Positions 19,578 through 29,363 of a stretch of DNA of 64,000 nt are shown piece by piece. Both the position numbers and the translations under genes were made by a program. How positions within the stretch are numbered: position 1 is the stretch's first letter; every line of letters starts with the position of its first letter. The notes beneath the pieces were generated by a model. The model saw only the letters and a list, made by a program, of their open reading frames with translations, did not search any database and was not told the DNA's origin. Location of the stretch: the NCBI GenBank assembly GCA_963662625.1, contig OY759726.1:576001-640000 (forward strand), in the 5' to 3' direction. The stretch is from Nitrosopumilus sp. GTDB lineage: Archaea; Thermoproteota; Nitrososphaeria; Nitrososphaerales; Nitrosopumilaceae.

Positions 19578-20561
19578 CTAGTAGGCGACCCTCACGGTGT
19601 CAAGGCGCCACGACTGGGTGACGAACGTCTCCTCGAGCGGCGCGCCGGGGCCCGCCTGGGACTCGAGCAGCCCGGTCCAGCAGATCTGGCTCCCGCAGTC
19701 GCCCGAGAACTTTGGCGGCACGACGAACAGCCTGCTGCCGTGCCGCCTGCAGACGTCCTGCAGCATCTCCGACAGCCTGCGGTTCGCCGCGACCCCGCCC
19801 ACCACCATCAGCTCCTTCTTTTCGGTGAACGACAGCGCCCTCTCCACCGCCTCGCCCACCATCGCGAAGGCCGTCTCCTGCAGCGAGAAGCACGCGTCGT
19901 TCCTGTTCTTCCTGGCGGCCGCCTTTGTCGCAGACAGGAGCCCGGAGAACGACACGTCGTTGCCCTTGACGGAGTAGGGCAGCTGGACGTAGCCCGACGC
20001 GCGGGACGCCAGGGCCTCGATGTCCCTCCCGCACGGGGACGCAAATCCCACCGACCTCCCAAACTGGTCGAGCAGCTGCCCCAGAGTGATGTCGAGCGTC
20101 TCGCCGAAGACGCGCCACTGCATGTTCGTGAACGCGAGCAGCATGGTGTGGCCCCCCGACACCAGGAGCACGAGCGGGTTCCTGGCGCCGGTGAGGAGCT
20201 TCCCAAGGTCGATGTGGCCTATCGCGTGGTTCACCGGGTAGATGGGGATCTTGTAGTACGACGACAGGGAGCGCGCCACCACCGCCCCCACCCGGAGGCA
20301 CGGCCCCAGCCCGGGCCCCGCCGCGTACGAGACCACGTCCAGGTCCCTTATGCCGACCCCCGCCTCCTCGAGGCACTCTGAGAGCACCGCCGGGCTGTTC
20401 TCGACGTGGTGCCGCGAGGCCTCCCTGGGGTGGATGCCCTCCCCGTCCGGCGGCCGGTAGATCCTCCTGACGTCGGACAGGATCCTGCCCGACTTTCCCT
20501 CCTTCTCCATCACCGCGCAGGAGAACGTGTGCGCGGTGCTTTCGACCCCGAGTCCCAGCAT
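19578..20561 (-). CDS. kae1: KEOPS tRNA t6A transferase Kae1
   Basis: LGVESTAHTF, GIHPREA, GPGLGPCL, NHAIGH, VSGGHT, GETLDI. Confidence 0.96.
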   Translation of the reverse strand: MLGLGVESTAHTFSCAVMEKEGKSGRILSDVRRIYRPPDGEGIHPREASRHHVENSPAVLSECLEEAGVGIRDLDVVSYAAGPGLGPCLRVGAVVARSLSSYYKIPIYPVNHAIGHIDLGKLLTGARNPLVLLVSGGHTMLLAFTNMQWRVFGETLDITLGQLLDQFGRSVGFASPCGRDIEALASRASGYVQLPYSVKGNDVSFSGLLSATKAAARKNRNDACFSLQETAFAMVGEAVERALSFTEKKELMVVGGVAANRRLSEMLQDVCRRHGSRLFVVPPKFSGDCGSQICWTGLLESQAGPGAPLEETFVTQSWRLDTVRVAY

Positions 20562-20562
20562 G

Positions 20563-21747
20563 CTATCCCCTGCTCTGCGTCGAGACGATCTTGATCACGT
20601 CCCCGTGCTGGAGCCGGTGGTCCCCCCCTATGCGCTGCTTCGTCTTGCAGTCGATGGCGTGCAGGAACCCCCTTGCGATGTCCGCGTGGACCTCCCCCGC
20701 GAGGTCCCTCGCGGTAAAGCCCCCTGGAACCAGCTTCGCGTCGGGCAGGACGTCCCCGTCCTTGTTCGTGAGCTTTGCCTCGTCCTCGACCGGGTATACC
20801 GCCATGAACCCCAGCAGCTCAAAGACCGCGGCGTTGAGGACCTGCTGGACGCCGGTGGACGAGATCTTCGAAAAGACGCCGCGCACGAGGTCGAGCGCCT
20901 TCTTTTGCGGGGCCGAGATGTCGCCGCCCGCCGTGAACCCGCCGTCGCCCGGGGCGTAGCTTACGATGCCGGCCTTGGAGGCCTTCCGCAGCAGCAGCTC
21001 GGCCTCCGCGCTGCACGGGATGGCCGGGGGGCCCGCGATCTTCTTGATCACGCCCAGGTCCGGGCAGAGGTCCGCCTTGTTTGCGGCGATTATGATCGGC
21101 TTGGCGCCGCGCCTCAGCTCCCTGGCAAACTCCAGCAGGTCCGGGCCGGCCCAATCCTTGGGGTTTCTCGACGCCAGGTTCAGCCGCTGCAGGACGCCTT
21201 GGACGTCGAAGTCCCTGATGCCCAGGCCGGTGAAGCGCTTCGCGATCCCGTCGGCCAGCTTGGCCCTCTTCTGGTCGACCTCGCGGGTTATCCTGTCCCA
21301 GTCCCTGCCCAGGATGTCCAGGAACCACTGGTCGAACTCGTCGTGCACGAACTCGACGTCCTCCAGCGGGTCGTGGGAGCCCGCGGGCACGGGCTGCCCC
21401 TGGATGTCGGTGGTCCCCGCGATGTCCACCACGTGGATCAGGACGCTTGCCTGCCTGGCGTCGTCGAGGAACTGGTTCCCCAGCCCCTTTCCCTCGTGGG
21501 CCCCCGGCACCAGCCCCGCTATGTCGACCAGCTTGACCGGTATGTGGCGCACGCCGCCCCGGCACAGCGGGTTCTGGTGGGCCACGCCGAAGTGCCTGCA
21601 GGCGCAGTCCGCCTGGACGTGGGCCACGCCGACGTTCGGGTCGATGGTGGTGAAGGGGAAGTTCCCGGTGGGGACTGCAGTCTCGGTAGCCGCCGAGAAA
21701 AAGGTCGACTTGCCGACGTTGGCTTTTCCTAGCAGGCCGATTTGCAC
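20563..21747 (-). CDS. ychF: YchF/Obg-family GTPase (ATPase) with TGS domain
   Basis: GTG start; GKANVGKST, NFPFTTIDPN, DIAGLV, GLGNQFL, NKAD. Confidence 0.93.
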   Translation of the reverse strand: MQIGLLGKANVGKSTFFSAATETAVPTGNFPFTTIDPNVGVAHVQADCACRHFGVAHQNPLCRGGVRHIPVKLVDIAGLVPGAHEGKGLGNQFLDDARQASVLIHVVDIAGTTDIQGQPVPAGSHDPLEDVEFVHDEFDQWFLDILGRDWDRITREVDQKRAKLADGIAKRFTGLGIRDFDVQGVLQRLNLASRNPKDWAGPDLLEFARELRRGAKPIIIAANKADLCPDLGVIKKIAGPPAIPCSAEAELLLRKASKAGIVSYAPGDGGFTAGGDISAPQKKALDLVRGVFSKISSTGVQQVLNAAVFELLGFMAVYPVEDEAKLTNKDGDVLPDAKLVPGGFTARDLAGEVHADIARGFLHAIDCKTKQRIGGDHRLQHGDVIKIVSTQSRG

Positions 21748-21838
21748 GCTTTGAAGGCCACCCGTGCACTTATTAGTATTAAGGTGGCGGCGCGCCGCGT
21801 TTGGAAACCGTTTAATCCGGCGCGGGGGCTGGTACCGC

Positions 21839-22372
21839 ATGTCGATAGTGCTCACCGGGACGCCGGGCGTCGGAAAGCACACGGTCGCCGGGAAGCTCGC
21901 CGGCAGGCTGGGGCTCGGGGTCGTCGACGTCAACCTAGTGGCCCGGGAGTCCGGGCTGGTCGGGCCCGGCGGCGACGTGGACGTGCGGGGGCTCGCCGCG
22001 GCCATGGGCGAGAGGCTGGCGGCGCCGGCCCTGGTGGTGGGCCACCTGGCGCCGTACGTGCTGTCCCCGGGGCAGGCCAGGCGCGTCATAGTCCTGCGGA
22101 GGGACCCGTACGGGCTGCTTGCGACGTACGCAGGCAGGGGGTACTCCGAGGAGAAGAGCACGGACAACGCCGGGAGCGAGATACTGGGGGTGATCCTCCA
22201 CGACGCGAGGGGCAGGTTCGGGGACATGGTCGTCCAGGTGGACGCGTCGGACGGGGACGCTGCGCTGCGGAAGGCGGAGGACGCCGCGTCCGGGGGGTGG
22301 GGCGGCGACGAGGTCGACTGGCTCGGGCTGGTGGCGCGCAACGGGGACCTTGGGAAGTTTTTTCCTTATTGA
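21839..22372 (+). CDS. AK6/Fap7-type adenylate kinase
   Basis: IVLTGTPGVGK, VVGHL, VIVLRRDP, RGYSEEK. Confidence 0.85.
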   Translation: MSIVLTGTPGVGKHTVAGKLAGRLGLGVVDVNLVARESGLVGPGGDVDVRGLAAAMGERLAAPALVVGHLAPYVLSPGQARRVIVLRRDPYGLLATYAGRGYSEEKSTDNAGSEILGVILHDARGRFGDMVVQVDASDGDAALRKAEDAASGGWGGDEVDWLGLVARNGDLGKFFPY

Positions 22373-22403
22373 TTAAATAACGCCCCCCGGTGGCTATGGT
22401 GGA

Positions 22404-23921
22404 TTGTTCGAGATTGCGAAGAGCGACCTGCGCGGCAGGATAGGCACGCTGCACACGAACCACGGCAAGGTGGAGACGCCGGCGTACGTGCCGGTGATAC
22501 ACCCCGCGAAGCAGAGCATCCCCGCGAGTAAGATCAGGGACATGGGCTTCGACATGGTGATCACGAACGCGTACATCGCCAGGAACAGGTACGGCGGCGA
22601 GGCCGTGGAGAGGGGGATCCACGACATACTCGGGTTTGACGGCGCCGTCATGACGGACTCGGGGGGGTACCAGGTCCTCGAGTACGGGGACGTCGGCGTG
22701 ACGCCGCCCGAGATGGCAGGGTTCGAGAGGGGTATAATGACGGACTTCGCGATACCCCTGGACAGGCCCACCGGGTTCGGGCTCGACAGGAGGACGGCGG
22801 GCGGGCACGTGAGGCACACGCTGAGGGCGTCGCGGGAGGCGCTCGCGGAGAGCGAGGACAACGGCCAGATATGGATCGGCCCGGTGCAGGGCGGCGAGCA
22901 CTTTGACCTCGTGAGGAGATCCGCGAGGGGCCTGCTGGACGCGGGCTTTGGGATGCTCGCCCTGGGCAGCCCCGTCGAGTTCATGGAGTCGTACGAGTAC
23001 GGGCTGCTGGCAAGGATGATAGCCGCGGCGAAGGGCGAGATGCCGCACTCCGTCCCGCTCCACCTGTTCGGATCGGGCCACCCGCTGACCATACCGTTCT
23101 CGGTGGCGCTGGGGTGCGACACGTTCGACTCCGCGTCGTACATGCTGTACGCAAAGCACGGCAGGTACATAACGGAGGACGGGACCAGGCGCGTCGGCGA
23201 CATGCTGGCGTTCCCGTGCAACTGCGCGGTCTGCTCCGACCACACGCCGGCGGAGGTGGCGCAGATGGGCGGGCCGGAGAGGGTCGACGCGGTGGCGACC
23301 CACAACCTCTACGCGATAAAGAACGAGGTGGACAAGGTAAAGCAGGCGATCTTCGAGGGGAGGCTGTGGGAGTACGTGATAAAGAAGGCCAGGGCGCACC
23401 CGAAGCTGTTCGAGGTCGTCGGCGTGTTTGCGGGCAACGCCGGGTTTTTCGCCGGGACCACCCCGGCGTTCAAGGAGAGGGCCATATTCCTGTACGACGG
23501 GACGGACCAGTTCCGCCCCGAGGTGCGGCGCTACCACGAGATTGCTGGCAACTTCAGGTCGGGCAAGAAGAAGCTGCTGATCACGAGGGAGTCGGCCGCC
23601 AGGCCGGCGTACCTGTCCGGCCAGTACGCCTCCCTGAGGGGCAGGCTCGCCGACATCGACGAGTTCCAGGTTTGCCAGTACAGCCCGCACCTCGGGATCA
23701 TCCCGCTCGAGATATCCGACGTGTTTCCCGCCGCGCACCACGAGGCCGCGGCGGGCGACTTTGAGCCGGGCGACTTTCCCACGTTCGGCGAGACGTGGGC
23801 CAGGTTCCTGGGGAACAACAGTTTTTCGGACATATACTACGACAGGGGAGACCGGTTCCTGCGGCACTTTATGAGGAAGGTGCCAAGCGGCGTGAGGAAG
23901 CATTCGCTGAAGAAAAAATAA
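22404..23921 (+). CDS. tgtA: archaeosine tRNA-guanine(15) transglycosylase
   Basis: VETPAYVPVIHP, ITNAYI, MTDSGGYQ, HLFGSGHP, GCDTFDSASY. Confidence 0.95.
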   Translation: MFEIAKSDLRGRIGTLHTNHGKVETPAYVPVIHPAKQSIPASKIRDMGFDMVITNAYIARNRYGGEAVERGIHDILGFDGAVMTDSGGYQVLEYGDVGVTPPEMAGFERGIMTDFAIPLDRPTGFGLDRRTAGGHVRHTLRASREALAESEDNGQIWIGPVQGGEHFDLVRRSARGLLDAGFGMLALGSPVEFMESYEYGLLARMIAAAKGEMPHSVPLHLFGSGHPLTIPFSVALGCDTFDSASYMLYAKHGRYITEDGTRRVGDMLAFPCNCAVCSDHTPAEVAQMGGPERVDAVATHNLYAIKNEVDKVKQAIFEGRLWEYVIKKARAHPKLFEVVGVFAGNAGFFAGTTPAFKERAIFLYDGTDQFRPEVRRYHEIAGNFRSGKKKLLITRESAARPAYLSGQYASLRGRLADIDEFQVCQYSPHLGIIPLEISDVFPAAHHEAAAGDFEPGDFPTFGETWARFLGNNSFSDIYYDRGDRFLRHFMRKVPSGVRKHSLKKK

Positions 23922-23945
23922 GAAAAAAAGTGTGCAAGAAGCGGG

Positions 23946-24248
23946 CTACAGGCCCGCGTCTTCTGCCCAGCCTTTTACGAAGACTCCGTTTTCGTGGAGG
24001 GGCACTGGTTGCCCAGCGGTGTAGTTCATAGGCCTCATCCAGAAGATGGACTTCGTCGGGCACACGCCTATGCATGCGCCGTCTGATATGCACCTCTCGG
24101 GATAGTAGACGAATGCCTTGCCCCTCTTCCAGCCTTCTACTGGTTTTACCCTAAGGACATCGGGACCAAGAGACGTACAGATCTCGACACAGAGTGCGCA
24201 TCCGATGCATCTTTGCTCGTCAATGTCCGGCAGTATTGCGATTGGCAT
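23946..24248 (-). CDS. 4Fe-4S dicluster ferredoxin
   Basis: CIGCALCVEIC and CISDGACIGVCP. Confidence 0.93.
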   Translation of the reverse strand: MPIAILPDIDEQRCIGCALCVEICTSLGPDVLRVKPVEGWKRGKAFVYYPERCISDGACIGVCPTKSIFWMRPMNYTAGQPVPLHENGVFVKGWAEDAGL

Positions 24249-24382
24249 TACAGTATAGGTACTCGCCCGTTCCTATTTAAACTATGGTTGAAATCCATAA
24301 CCCTGTTATGGAGCCGATCGCCGGGCGCGCGCAGGCTCCCGTCCCTAGAAATTAAAAAACAAAAAGATGGCGTGTTTCACGC

Positions 24383-24595
24383 TTATTTTCGCATTGCGTC
24401 GATTTGGCCGGAGGTTATCCAGTCAAGCAGTTCAGCTGAAGAAGGATTCAGGTCCGCCTTCTGGCTCATCAGATTGTGCACCCAAATCCAGTTAATCTGG
24501 TTAAGAAGTGGCTTGTTGGCTTCGTCGCCAGCTCTTACCTTGGCAACAACGCTCTGGTCTTGCTGCTGTAACCACTCTTGGTAGCTTCTTCCCAT
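24383..24595 (-). CDS. small hypothetical protein (70 aa)
   Basis: Clean ORF in an AT-rich interval; resembles a conserved thaumarchaeal small protein (recognition only). Confidence 0.75.
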   Translation of the reverse strand: MGRSYQEWLQQQDQSVVAKVRAGDEANKPLLNQINWIWVHNLMSQKADLNPSSAELLDWITSGQIDAMRK

Positions 24596-24706
24596 GATGA
24601 TTGGATCTTAGCTTGCACTAATTAAAGTTTGTGCAGATTCCGTGGTTGGAACAATTAACGCGCCCGTTGCAAGGGTTTTAATGTAGAGGCAAAACCATGC
24701 AATTTC

Positions 24707-25972
24707 TTGATTGTGAAAGTATTGGGGGCCGCAAACGAGGTCGGGCGATCCGGGTTCCTGGCCAAGTGCGACGGGGCCAACATCCTGATGGACTACGGGG
24801 TGATGCTCGGCCGGCGCGACAGGCCCCCGGCGCACCCCGCGCACGTAAAGCCCAAGGACCTCGACGCCATAGTGATCACCCACGCCCACCTGGACCACTC
24901 CGGGAACGTCCCGTCGCTGTTCGTGAGCGGCAAGACCGACGTCTACGCGACCCCGCCCACGCTGGACCTCTCAAAGCTCCTGATAGAGGACATGATAAAG
25001 GTCAAGAAGAACGCTCACCCCTTCGACCTGCCGGAGATAAACAACATGATGCGGAGCGCAAAGCCGACCGGGTTCGGCGAGAAGATCAGGAAGGGCAACG
25101 CGTCGTTCGAGCTGCGGGAGTCGGGCCACGTGATCGGCGGGAGCACGGTCCTGGTGGAATCCGGCGGCAAGCGGCTCTTCTACACCGGCGACGTCAGGAT
25201 CCCCGGATCGAGGATGCTGCGCGAGGCCGACCTGGACGTCGGGGACATCGACATGCTGATCACCGAGAGCACGTACTCGCAGACCGAGCAGGCGCCGAGG
25301 CGCGAGTCCGAGGAGGGGCTGGTCGAGTTCGCAAACGAGGTCATGGACAGGAAGGGCACGCTGTTCGTCCCGTCGTTCTCGGTGGAGCGCTCCCAGGAGA
25401 TCGCGTGCATCCTCAGGGACGCCAACTTCAAGCACAGGATAATCATGGACGGGATGGCGCTGAAGGTGAACGACATAATGTTCAGGCACCCGGACTACCT
25501 AAGGGACCCGGACGTCTTTGCCGACGCGATCAACGGCGCCCTGGAGGTGAGGGGGCAGCGCGACAGGAAGAGGGCGCTGGAGGAGCCGTGCGTGGTGATA
25601 TCCCCGGCTGGGATGCTGGTGGGAGGAAACGCGGTGTACTACCTGCAGCGCCTGGCGTTCGACAGCAGGAACGGCATCGCGCTGGTGTCGTACCAAGGCG
25701 AGGGCACGCCGGGCAAGAAGCTGCTGGAGACCGGCAAGGTGGAGACGAAGGGCAAGGACATGAAGGTCTCCGCTGAGGTCAAGAAGTTCGAGTTCTCCGG
25801 CCACTCCGGGAGGAGCGAGCTGTTCGACATGATCAAGAGGATCAAGGGGAACCCCAAGGTGCTGACGGTGCACGGGGACGCAGAGTCGTGCCAAAAGTTC
25901 GCCGAGGAGATCCACGAGAGGTTCGGGCTGGAAGCGCACGCGCCGTCCGTGAACGAAACCATACAGGTCTGA
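24707..25972 (+). CDS. beta-CASP metallo-beta-lactamase ribonuclease (aCPSF family)
   Basis: LGAANEVGRS, THAHLDHSG, GHVIG, YTGD, ESTY, FSGH, VHGD. Confidence 0.92.
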   Translation: MIVKVLGAANEVGRSGFLAKCDGANILMDYGVMLGRRDRPPAHPAHVKPKDLDAIVITHAHLDHSGNVPSLFVSGKTDVYATPPTLDLSKLLIEDMIKVKKNAHPFDLPEINNMMRSAKPTGFGEKIRKGNASFELRESGHVIGGSTVLVESGGKRLFYTGDVRIPGSRMLREADLDVGDIDMLITESTYSQTEQAPRRESEEGLVEFANEVMDRKGTLFVPSFSVERSQEIACILRDANFKHRIIMDGMALKVNDIMFRHPDYLRDPDVFADAINGALEVRGQRDRKRALEEPCVVISPAGMLVGGNAVYYLQRLAFDSRNGIALVSYQGEGTPGKKLLETGKVETKGKDMKVSAEVKKFEFSGHSGRSELFDMIKRIKGNPKVLTVHGDAESCQKFAEEIHERFGLEAHAPSVNETIQV

Positions 25973-25973
25973 G

Positions 25974-26816
25974 TTGCCAGGCGCCGGCGCGATCAACCTG
26001 GACCACACCATAAACAGCGGCCAGGTTTTCCTGTGGAGGAGGGACGGCGGGTTCTGGTACGGCGTCGACGGGCAGAACGTCCTCAAGTGCGGCCCGGCGG
26101 GGGTGGTCAAGTCGTACCGCCGCGACCGGGACGATTTTTTCAGGACCGGCGACGACATGGGCGCCATAACGGGGTCCATCTCGAGGGACTCGGTGGTCAG
26201 GAGGTCCGTCGCGCGGTACCCCGGGCTGCGGCTGCTGAGGCAGGACCCGTTCCAGTGCTGCATCTCGTTCATCTCGTCGTCGAACGCCAGCATCCAGAAG
26301 ATAAGGTCCGGGCTGGAGGGCCTCTGCAGGAGGTTCGGGGAGAGGGTGCGGTTCGACGGCCTGGAGTTCCGCCTGTTCCCGCGGCCCGAGAGGCTGGCAG
26401 GCGCGCCCGTCGGCAGGATCCGGGAGTGCGGGCTTGGCTACCGCTCGGGGTACGTCAGCCTGGCGTCGGGGATGGTCGCGGGCGGCGAGGTCGACCTCGG
26501 GGCGATGAGGGCCATGGGGTACGGCGCGGCCAAGGAGCGGCTGCTGGCCATGCCGGGCATAGGGAACAAGGTGGCCGACTGCATACTCCTGTTCTCGCTC
26601 GACAAGCCGGAGGCGTTCCCGCTGGACAGGTGGGTGATCAAGGTGCTGCAAAAGTACTACCCGGAGAAATTCGGGATCCCGGCGGGGTCGGTCACCGGCA
26701 GGCAGTACGGCCTGCTCCACGGCAGGATCGTCGACCACTTCGGCCCGTACGCGGGGTACGCGCAGCAGTTCCTGTTCAAGATGGAGAGGGAGGACGGCGG
26801 GAAGAAGTGGCTGTAG
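25974..26816 (+). CDS. 8-oxoguanine DNA glycosylase (OGG1-like, HhH-GPD)
   Basis: TINSGQVF, GLRLLRQDP, GLGYR, PGIGNKVADC, YAGYAQQFLF. Confidence 0.9.
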   Translation: MPGAGAINLDHTINSGQVFLWRRDGGFWYGVDGQNVLKCGPAGVVKSYRRDRDDFFRTGDDMGAITGSISRDSVVRRSVARYPGLRLLRQDPFQCCISFISSSNASIQKIRSGLEGLCRRFGERVRFDGLEFRLFPRPERLAGAPVGRIRECGLGYRSGYVSLASGMVAGGEVDLGAMRAMGYGAAKERLLAMPGIGNKVADCILLFSLDKPEAFPLDRWVIKVLQKYYPEKFGIPAGSVTGRQYGLLHGRIVDHFGPYAGYAQQFLFKMEREDGGKKWL

Positions 26817-26876
26817 CGCGGCGCGTCGGCGGCGCGGCTCTAAACCCTTAAAATGGCAGCGGCGCCGTAGGTTCTT

Positions 26877-26951
26877 GGGCCCATAGCTCAGCATGGATAG
26901 AGTGTTGGACTTCTAATCCAATGGTCAAGGGATCGAAGCCCTTTGGGCCCG
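26877..26951 (+). tRNA. tRNA-Arg(TCT)
   Basis: GGGCCCA/TGGGCCC acceptor stem; anticodon arm TTGGA-CTTCTAA-TCCAA; T arm AAGGG-ATCGAAG-CCCTT. Confidence 0.95.
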
Positions 26952-27538
26952 TGCAGTTCCGCGCCACGGTTTTGCTCTGTGGCGCGCGCCGGGGAGGGGA
27001 TCCGAGTCGCGCTGCCCGCCGGAGCGGCGCGGCCCCGGCAGCGGATCCGGCGCGCCCTCGAACACGTCCCACCTGCAGCTCGGCAGGCACTCCAAGAGCA
27101 CCTCCCGGGGGACAGGCCCTGCCTGTTGCAGGTGCGCCGCGTCCGTGATGAAAACGGGATCAAGCACGACACGCCAAACGTCCTACACAGCTGCATAGGA
27201 GAGATGCAGGCACCCATGCGGGCGATGCGCGGCAACGGGTGGATCAAGACCCCCAGGTTGATCCAATGTTTAACACTGACTGCACCATGATCCGCGGGGG
27301 GATCGTTCCGGTCAAAACGAACGGTTACTTGGTGTGTTAGCTATCGTGGCGCCACGCCAGACAAACTAAGGCAGTGGGAGTCGGAGCGGGCTTTCAATCG
27401 GGGTCTTTCTCGCAAACTGGCTTTTGGTGTTTGCTGGTTTCCAACCCAGGCCTTTCCCGGCACCGGAGCCACCCCGCGCCGGGCCGGGCCATCCAACCGG
27501 AAGGCTTGCCGGGGGCAGGCGGAGGCCGCGGCTGGACG

Positions 27539-29197
27539 CTACGCATGCTCTGCAAGCTGCGGGTACTTTTCGCCCAGCTTCGCAAGGAAGTCCCTGGTCT
27601 TCGTGGCGCATCCCGGTATCCCCCTCATGATCTTGACGTGCATCCCTATGTCGTCACGGTCGTACCTGCTCTCCATGGCCTTTAGCAGCGCCGGGAGGCG
27701 TTTCACGTACGCGTCATAGTACTCGGACCGGTGGCTGCCGGCAAACTCGTTGGAGTACGCGTCGAGCAGGTTCAGGTCACCGCTCTCCAGCGCCATCCGG
27801 GCCGCGTCGTCCGTCATTTTTTCATGCAAGAGTATGTCTATGCAGGTGTGCAAGTCCCCTCCCTCCTTGAGGTAGTCAAGCGTGGCCCCCAGTTCCGCGT
27901 CCCAGTCGTCGGCGGCCTCCTTGATCTTTTCATAGTAGCCCCAGTTGTGCGTCATGGCGAACATGTCGCGCAGCATGCCAACCAGGCCCGGATCGCCGTC
28001 CTGCTCCAGCAGGAATATCCGGATCCTCCCGAACCCCTCCGGGTCGCCGAATTTCCGCGACGCCCTCTTGGCGACCCGCAACGCCTTCCCCCTGTCGGTG
28101 TCCGCCAGGTACCAGATGTACTTTACGCACAGGCTCTTGCTCCGCATGTGGTGGCGCAGAAGAAAGTCCCCGAGCGAGCCGTCTTCGGACTTTTCCAGTA
28201 GCAGCGACGCGGCCTCCAGGACGTCGTCCCTGCCGCGCCGCGACTCCTTGGCCGGGACTGCCGGTTTGCGTCCCAGCTGGGACTCGAAGAGGGACATGCA
28301 GTACTTGGCATCCCCGTCGTCCCCGAGCACCTCGTACATCACCTCCAGGTGGGCCAGCGCGAAGCGGCGCGTCTCCTCCCGCATGTACCCCCTGAAGAAG
28401 TACAGCAGGTGCTCCCGCCTCCGGTCACGGTCCAGCCTGAGCTTGCGCACCAGCTCGGCGGTGAGACGCATCGCGCGCTGGAAGCGCCAGGTGTAGTACC
28501 GCTTCATGTCGTTTACGATGCCGATGTTGCCCGAGATGTGTTCGCACATCTTCCTGTAGACTTCCACCGCCTTCTCCGGGTGCCCGCGCTCCTCGTACCC
28601 CTCGGCCATGGCCTCGATCGACTCGAAGCGGACCTTGTTCTTGTCCGTGATGCGGCCGTTCTTGCCCTTTGCGTTATCGTACAGGCGGTCCAGCATGGCG
28701 CCGCATTTGCTAGTGGGCGGCATGGCTGGCCTGGGAGTCCTCGCAAACGGCGCGCCGCGGGATACCTTCCGGCCCCTCGCGTAGGCGCTCCTGATCACGT
28801 ACCGCAGCGCGTCGTCATAGTCCGACACGTCCGGGTCTCCGTCCCCGCCATAAGACCCGCGGTCAGGGGCCTGCGGCAGTGCCGGCGCGTGCGCCGCGCG
28901 GCCCTCGAGCATGCCGAGGCCGCCCGTGGCCTCGTAGACGTGCAGCAGCACGGCCACCACGTGCTTGCAGTACCCGGCGCGGTTGTAGGGGCACGTGCAG
29001 CGGAAGCTCGTCCTCCCGCCGTGCCTCGATATGGACACGGAATACATCCGCCTCCCGCGCACCCTTGCCATCACAAAGTCGTCGCCGATCGACTGCAGGA
29101 TCACCCGGCCCTGCTGGAAGTACAGGCACCCCCGGTCATACGAGCTCCCGGTCGCCAGGCTCCTTATCGCGTTCAGGTCGGATTGGCCGCCGTCCAA
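27539..29197 (-). CDS. SWIM zinc-finger protein with helical C-terminal region
   Basis: SYDRG...ARVRGRRMYSV...CTCPYNRAGYCKHVVAVL; start uncertain (TTG 29197 chosen, ORF open to 29356). Confidence 0.82.
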   Translation of the reverse strand: MDGGQSDLNAIRSLATGSSYDRGCLYFQQGRVILQSIGDDFVMARVRGRRMYSVSISRHGGRTSFRCTCPYNRAGYCKHVVAVLLHVYEATGGLGMLEGRAAHAPALPQAPDRGSYGGDGDPDVSDYDDALRYVIRSAYARGRKVSRGAPFARTPRPAMPPTSKCGAMLDRLYDNAKGKNGRITDKNKVRFESIEAMAEGYEERGHPEKAVEVYRKMCEHISGNIGIVNDMKRYYTWRFQRAMRLTAELVRKLRLDRDRRREHLLYFFRGYMREETRRFALAHLEVMYEVLGDDGDAKYCMSLFESQLGRKPAVPAKESRRGRDDVLEAASLLLEKSEDGSLGDFLLRHHMRSKSLCVKYIWYLADTDRGKALRVAKRASRKFGDPEGFGRIRIFLLEQDGDPGLVGMLRDMFAMTHNWGYYEKIKEAADDWDAELGATLDYLKEGGDLHTCIDILLHEKMTDDAARMALESGDLNLLDAYSNEFAGSHRSEYYDAYVKRLPALLKAMESRYDRDDIGMHVKIMRGIPGCATKTRDFLAKLGEKYPQLAEHA

Positions 29198-29363
29198 CCA
29201 CGATGGTGGGATCCGGCGCCTTACAAGTATTTTGGTAGTGGCAACATGCCGCGTAACCCTGCCCGAACCGCCCTTGCGGGGCCGTTTTTCGTGCAGGAAG
29301 ACCGGATTGCGCCACAAATTACGGCCCCGCAACCGTTTTAATCTGGATCCGCGCACCCAACGC

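Noticed and set aside
16944-23921. tRNA-modification cluster (taw1, bud32, kae1, tgtA) as a novel system
   Set aside because: Ordinary archaeal housekeeping genes
26925-26945. Atypical tRNA-Arg T-loop ATCGAAG suggesting a pseudogene
   Set aside because: All stems pair well; A54-type loops are plausible in this lineage
26951-27288. Possible IS remnant bounded by gtgcagt...actgcac
   Set aside because: Only a 7-bp inverted match and no recognisable transposase motif
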